Notes under the pieces: generated by a model
Told to the model about the DNA's origin: nothing
What the model saw: only the letters and a program-made list of their open reading frames with translations
The model's database searches: none
DNA from: an uncultured Cytophagia bacterium
Lineage (GTDB): Bacteria; Zhuqueibacterota; Zhuqueibacteria; Residuimicrobiales; Residuimicrobiaceae
DNA: 64,000 nt
Reading direction: 5' to 3'
NCBI GenBank assembly: GCA_964387285.1
Contig: CAYLWO010000002.1
Span: 4,070-68,069 of the forward strand
Shown: positions 59,667 to 64,000 of the stretch, in pieces
Position numbering within the stretch: the first letter of the stretch is position 1
Layout of the letters: every line of letters begins with the position of its first letter
Made by a program: the position numbers and the translations under genes

Positions 59667-61151
59667 CTATTCTTCATTCAAATATAATTTATCTATCAGC
59701 TTGTGTGCGGTAGCGACGATTATTTCTGATGATTCCGGATTTACGATGCAGACGCTGGGTTCATAGCCTCCTTCCTCCATTTGATCGCCTGGCGGAATAT
59801 AGGAAATGTATTCATTGGCGATGCCCACGGTCATGGGATTTGCCGACGCGACCGGCTGGATCATCTGCATACCTGTTGTATGGTACAGTTCTCCGGGACT
59901 CATGATCAGGACGCTATCATTCAACTTTAGGCCGTACTCGAAGGTGTTGATGAATCCCTGCTTCCGATACTCCGGTCGCAGGCAATGGACCACCTCTTTG
60001 CTGCGATAATAGAACCAGAAATCATTCTGCAACTTTCGTCGCTGTTCCGGTTCATGCGTCTCATCATAAATTTTTTCAATGCGATTCATGTGCTGTTCGC
60101 CGCTTTCCAGGCTGTCTGGCAGGTCTGTTCGCAACGGAAGGGAAAGGGGCTCTGCACAAAATTTCATGCTGGTTAATGGCTTCCAGATGTTTTCGGAAAG
60201 ATTGGCGATGAGAATCTCCGCCAACCCTTCTCCATACTCTTTTGCACAGGCATGGGAATACTCTCGATTCAATGGTCGCAAATCACCCGAGGGTCCCTGC
60301 CCGAACAGGGAAATTCCACCTAACCGATTTTCGATGCGTTTTTTAAGATAGCCGGGGTAATCGGCCGAAATATCGCCATTCACTTTCTTTTCCGACACGA
60401 TCACGGCGTGAGCGGCAAAGCGGATAAAGCTGCCGGTCACTTTTTTCGTGTTCGCATCCCTGAAGAAGAGGGCTTGCAAGCGGTCATCCACATCGCGATG
60501 CGTGATGAAACGGTTGTTTTCGGCGATATAATCATCCGGCTTTGCGCCAAGATTTCGAATCCATTCCTTAACCTGCTCTGTCGCATCCAGATGATCTTCA
60601 TGGACCTCGCAAAAGTCATTGAACATGATGGTCCGTGTTCCGATTCCCGGTACATGGATGTGCCGGTTGATGACGTATTTTTTTCCGTCAATTTTTGCAT
60701 GTACGGCGCTGATTTCAGTTTCAGCTATGTCCCGTTTCGCCTGCCGAACAGCGTCGGCGATAAGCCTTTGCAATTTTTTCGCATCATAGGCCAGTGTGAC
60801 GTGACAATGGGAAGGCATAAAAACGACCCGGTCGCCGGCAATACGGCATTCGGCCAGAACCGGATCACGCATTACATCCAGATCATGATATTCGAGATCG
60901 CAGTGGTCAATCGCGACCAGGACGAATGGGCCGTGATCATCTTCTCCATACATCATGGAAATATGCAGCGGTTCAATCACGGCACGTTGTCCGCCTTCTT
61001 CGGGACGCCACATTCCAACAACACGATCGGAAATGTCAAATTTTTTCTCCCGCGCATAGTTCTTTTCAGCAGATCCGGCTGCAGACCCAATTGTGGTCGC
61101 CCGCCAATCGACGGCGTCCATCAGGTTCATTTTACTAAATCCTACTTTCAC
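59667..61151 (-). CDS. Hypothetical protein (494 aa)
   Basis: Long ORF with good codon usage, coupled to the cupin gene. No confident family assignment. Confidence 0.3.
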   Translation of the reverse strand: MKVGFSKMNLMDAVDWRATTIGSAAGSAEKNYAREKKFDISDRVVGMWRPEEGGQRAVIEPLHISMMYGEDDHGPFVLVAIDHCDLEYHDLDVMRDPVLAECRIAGDRVVFMPSHCHVTLAYDAKKLQRLIADAVRQAKRDIAETEISAVHAKIDGKKYVINRHIHVPGIGTRTIMFNDFCEVHEDHLDATEQVKEWIRNLGAKPDDYIAENNRFITHRDVDDRLQALFFRDANTKKVTGSFIRFAAHAVIVSEKKVNGDISADYPGYLKKRIENRLGGISLFGQGPSGDLRPLNREYSHACAKEYGEGLAEILIANLSENIWKPLTSMKFCAEPLSLPLRTDLPDSLESGEQHMNRIEKIYDETHEPEQRRKLQNDFWFYYRSKEVVHCLRPEYRKQGFINTFEYGLKLNDSVLIMSPGELYHTTGMQMIQPVASANPMTVGIANEYISYIPPGDQMEEGGYEPSVCIVNPESSEIIVATAHKLIDKLYLNEE

Positions 61152-61167
61152 GGTGCTTTTGCCTTAT

Positions 61168-62307
61168 TTATTGCTTCGGTTTTGGAAACACAGCTCCAGG
61201 GATACATTTCCCGGCTAACGCCAGGAAAGCAAAGGTTGTCGTTTGTGTATGAAGACCGGTCAGAATTTCAAGTTCTGCCGTGTCTGAAAAAGTATAGTTC
61301 AATATTTTGTTTGCTGCCTGCTCAATTCGAGGATCGCGCTCCATGTTGTGATAATACCAGTTCAGCACAACCGATAAGGCAGGCAACTTTTGCCGCCACC
61401 AAGAGACACGACAATCCATGCCGCCATCTTTTCGCTGATTCTCTAAAACAATATCAACCAGTGAGCGCAGTTTCTTTTGGATTCTCGGATAATACGCCTC
61501 CTGGTCACGCAAATGCTCGGCATTGACAATTAATCCTTCTCCAAGATACATGACAAACGTGGTGATGCCGTCCTTAAAACTGGTTCCAACCGTCACGTCA
61601 GCTTTAGTGTAATCGAACGCCAGCAACCAATCGCACGCTTCCATGGCAACGGTTTTGTATTTTTCGATTTTCGTCACATCGTACAGATGCCACGCCAATG
61701 CGCTGAAAAGCGAAGTCCCGATCCAGAATTCCCGGATGGGATTCAACTCGCCGTTTCGCCACCCGCTCGGCAGCGAGCCGTTGGGATTGCGCCAGTTATC
61801 AATGATATAGTCCACGAACATTTTCACGGAATTGATATACCGATCACGTTGAGCGCCTACGATCTGTGGATTGGTGGCCACGGCCAATACCGCCAATCCG
61901 ATGCAGCAACAATCCGCCGGATACCAGCCCAGCGGGCGTTCGTAACCGGTATCATCATACCCCATGGCGTATGCGCCCGGATGCAGCGTTTTCCCCTGCA
62001 ACGAAAGCATGCGGTCCGTCCAACGAACGGCATAATTCAGATCATAATTATCATTAGTATAATGGTCGTAGGCAATGAGAATGGCGCGCACGGCATAGGA
62101 TTCGATATAATGCTGAATGGCGTAATTGCCGTTCGTTCTGTCAAACTGATGCTCGATATTGCGCAGGTACTGGATGAATTGTCGCTGCCGGATCAGGGTA
62201 TCCTGATTTTCTTTTCCTGAGCAAGGCTGAATGCCGAAACCGATCAGCACTACTAGCAATAGAATGCTTTTAATTAATGGAAGGAATCTATTTGCCTGCA
62301 TGGTCAC
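61168..62307 (-). CDS. Secreted protein, possibly (alpha/alpha)6 six-hairpin glycosidase-like
   Basis: Signal peptide. Trp/Tyr-rich repeated helical hairpins. Tentative call. Confidence 0.3.
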   Translation of the reverse strand: MTMQANRFLPLIKSILLLVVLIGFGIQPCSGKENQDTLIRQRQFIQYLRNIEHQFDRTNGNYAIQHYIESYAVRAILIAYDHYTNDNYDLNYAVRWTDRMLSLQGKTLHPGAYAMGYDDTGYERPLGWYPADCCCIGLAVLAVATNPQIVGAQRDRYINSVKMFVDYIIDNWRNPNGSLPSGWRNGELNPIREFWIGTSLFSALAWHLYDVTKIEKYKTVAMEACDWLLAFDYTKADVTVGTSFKDGITTFVMYLGEGLIVNAEHLRDQEAYYPRIQKKLRSLVDIVLENQRKDGGMDCRVSWWRQKLPALSVVLNWYYHNMERDPRIEQAANKILNYTFSDTAELEILTGLHTQTTTFAFLALAGKCIPGAVFPKPKQ

Positions 62308-62364
62308 TCCTTATTTTTGATCTGCGCAGCCCCTGGCCATGTCGAACGCAAGAGCTAAAAATTT

Positions 62365-64000
62365 TTACCGGTTGCTCGGCTTGTACAGGAGCACACTCCC
62401 GATGCCAATTAAACCGATACTGCTGAGAAAATTAGGCCAAAAACCGCCATCCGCTTTTGTCAGGATACCGGCCAGCAGCAGAAAGGCCCCAAAAATGACA
62501 CAGCCGGAGCCGATGACGCCGTTAATATTGGGAATATTTTTTTTTGTGAACCGTTCTGTGCCGGCAACACGATCTTGTATTTCCGGCCTGGACCTGGTTG
62601 TCAGTCTGGCAAAAAGGATTTGAACCTCTTCTTTGCGTTTACCCTTTACCGGATCAATGATTCCGGCGATAAAGAAAGTCACCATCGTGACGCCGGAATT
62701 GATCAGCACTGTTTCCAACAAAGGCAGTTTAAACCAAAACTGAGTGACCAGGCCGGAAACGAATCCGACCGCGAAGGCCAGATTGGCTCCCCAAGCCGGG
62801 GTTCGTTTGTTGTAAAGACCCAGCAGTGGCGGCAAATAGGTCGGTGAACTCGTCAATCCCAGGGCCAGATAGCAAAACTTGAATGCACCGCCCAGATTTT
62901 CCACCTGCGATCCGATCAACGTACAGAGCAGGGCAATTCCCAGTGTTGAGAAACGTCCGATCCAGAGCAATTTCTGCTCCCGGATTTCACGGGATTTTTT
63001 AAGCAGATCGTGATAAATGTCCCTTGTGCAAACCGCAGACAGAATGTTATATTCGGCGGACAAGGCGCTCATGGTAGCCGAAAAACCGGCCACGATAATA
63101 AAGCCCATCAGTCCGGCAGGGAGCAGTTTCAGGCACACCAACACATAGCTTCTCTCTGCAGCCAGGTGCATGGGGAGACCTCCGGCTACCAGTTGATTGA
63201 TCTCTTTGGCGATGATTTGCGGGCCCAAAGCGCCGGGCAGAAACAGTATAGGCATCACTACTAGCGTTGCCAGGGCTGAAATATAGCAGACCTTTTTCGC
63301 TTCCCACTCGCTGGGAGTGGTGGTATAGCGCTGAACAAGCGACCAGAATCCATTATTATTAATAAAATTAAGCAGTGCAATCGCGATTAAATACCCAATA
63401 GTAAACTCGCTGTCCGGACTAACACTCCAGAAACCTTCCGCTGAATTGGAAATAAAGGCAGAAAAACCGCCAATGGATGCCAAGCCAAGCACAGCGACTA
63501 GCATCACCGCAAAACTCATCAGGAAAAACTGGATCACATCGGTGGAAATGACCGCCCACAGGCCGCCGAGAAAGGTATAGATCACGATAATAAAACTAGA
63601 TCCCCACAATCCCAAACCCTTGCCGATGCCCAGCCCCATACCAACAAATACCGCCGTGGCATAAATCCGGTTGCCATTGTCCAGAATTCGTGATGGAATG
63701 CCCACAAAACTGAACAGGTATCGTGTGGAATTGCCGAACCGCTTGCTGAGAAATTCGGGAACAGTTGTAATGCTTGCCCGGTGCCATCGGGCGGCGATAG
63801 GAGCGCTCAGGATCAAGCCCAACGCCCACAACGGTGCATTGGCCATGACCCATCCCGCATGTCGATAGGCAACAGAAGCCTGGCCGACAAACACCATCAC
63901 CGAAAAGCCGCCCATAAAGTACGATAACCCGGAGATCCAACCGGGAACAATCCGGCCGCCGGTAAAATAATCAGCGGTGTTTTTTGTTTTAAAGAAATAG
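62365..64000 (-). CDS. Sodium:solute symporter (SSS family), N-terminus beyond window edge
   Basis: At least 13 TM helices. The reading frame stays open upstream of the annotated Met through the 3' window end (…TADYFTGGRIVPGWISGLSYFMGG…), matching the SSS N-terminal region. Confidence 0.8.
   Translation of the reverse strand, partial: YFFKTKNTADYFTGGRIVPGWISGLSYFMGGFSVMVFVGQASVAYRHAGWVMANAPLWALGLILSAPIAARWHRASITTVPEFLSKRFGNSTRYLFSFVGIPSRILDNGNRIYATAVFVGMGLGIGKGLGLWGSSFIIVIYTFLGGLWAVISTDVIQFFLMSFAVMLVAVLGLASIGGFSAFISNSAEGFWSVSPDSEFTIGYLIAIALLNFINNNGFWSLVQRYTTTPSEWEAKKVCYISALATLVVMPILFLPGALGPQIIAKEINQLVAGGLPMHLAAERSYVLVCLKLLPAGLMGFIIVAGFSATMSALSAEYNILSAVCTRDIYHDLLKKSREIREQKLLWIGRFSTLGIALLCTLIGSQVENLGGAFKFCYLALGLTSSPTYLPPLLGLYNKRTPAWGANLAFAVGFVSGLVTQFWFKLPLLETVLINSGVTMVTFFIAGIIDPVKGKRKEEVQILFARLTTRSRPEIQDRVAGTERFTKKNIPNINGVIGSGCVIFGAFLLLAGILTKADGGFWPNFLSSIGLIGIGSVLLYKPSNR

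Noticed and set aside
1-64000. Search for CRISPR arrays, tRNA/rRNA genes and IS elements or transposases.
   Set aside because: No regularly spaced direct repeats, no tRNA-like T-arm/acceptor patterns, and no transposase or integrase ORFs were recognised. The only repeats are the two short hairpin families reported above.

Overview
This 64-kb window is from a bacterial chromosome of about 50% GC with dense, largely operonic coding on both strands. Taxonomy is uncertain, but the GWxTD-domain protein, the dockerin-tagged beta-helix protein and the TAT-signal Gfo/Idh/MocA oxidoreductase suggest an FCB-group-like uncultured lineage.

Housekeeping genes are recognisable by sequence: nadB (5' end outside the window), tex, smc, mpl, rodZ-like, maf, dtd, ssb, cdd-udk-tdk, punA and a SUI1/YciH factor. 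There is also a sugar ABC transporter with two tandem binding proteins, a MazEF toxin-antitoxin pair in an AT-rich islet, and an SSS symporter running off the 3' edge on the minus strand.

The stand-out region is a plus-strand, translationally coupled locus of about 15 kb (12.6-27.7 kb). It encodes five paralogous membrane-anchored GT2 enzymes of the ceramide-glucosyltransferase/HpnI-like (GT21-like) lipid-glycosylating type and three MoaA/HpnH-like radical SAM proteins with Cys-rich C-terminal (SPASM/twitch-like) domains. It also encodes a class I SAM methyltransferase, a flippase-like (lysyl-PG-synthase TM-domain) protein, an outer-membrane beta-barrel that may be Wzi-like, a secreted hypothetical and a PHP-like phosphoesterase. 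No squalene-hopene cyclase or precursor peptide is visible, so I interpret it as a candidate undescribed glycolipid or isoprenoid-lipid side-chain biosynthesis and export system borrowing hopanoid-side-chain-like chemistry.

Other oddities are an orphan OLD-family-like ATPase lacking a Toprim domain, a coupled ParB-like/SPL-like radical SAM pair, a GH2-like ectodomain fused to a polytopic membrane domain, and two families of short intergenic hairpin repeats. No tRNA, rRNA or CRISPR arrays were seen.
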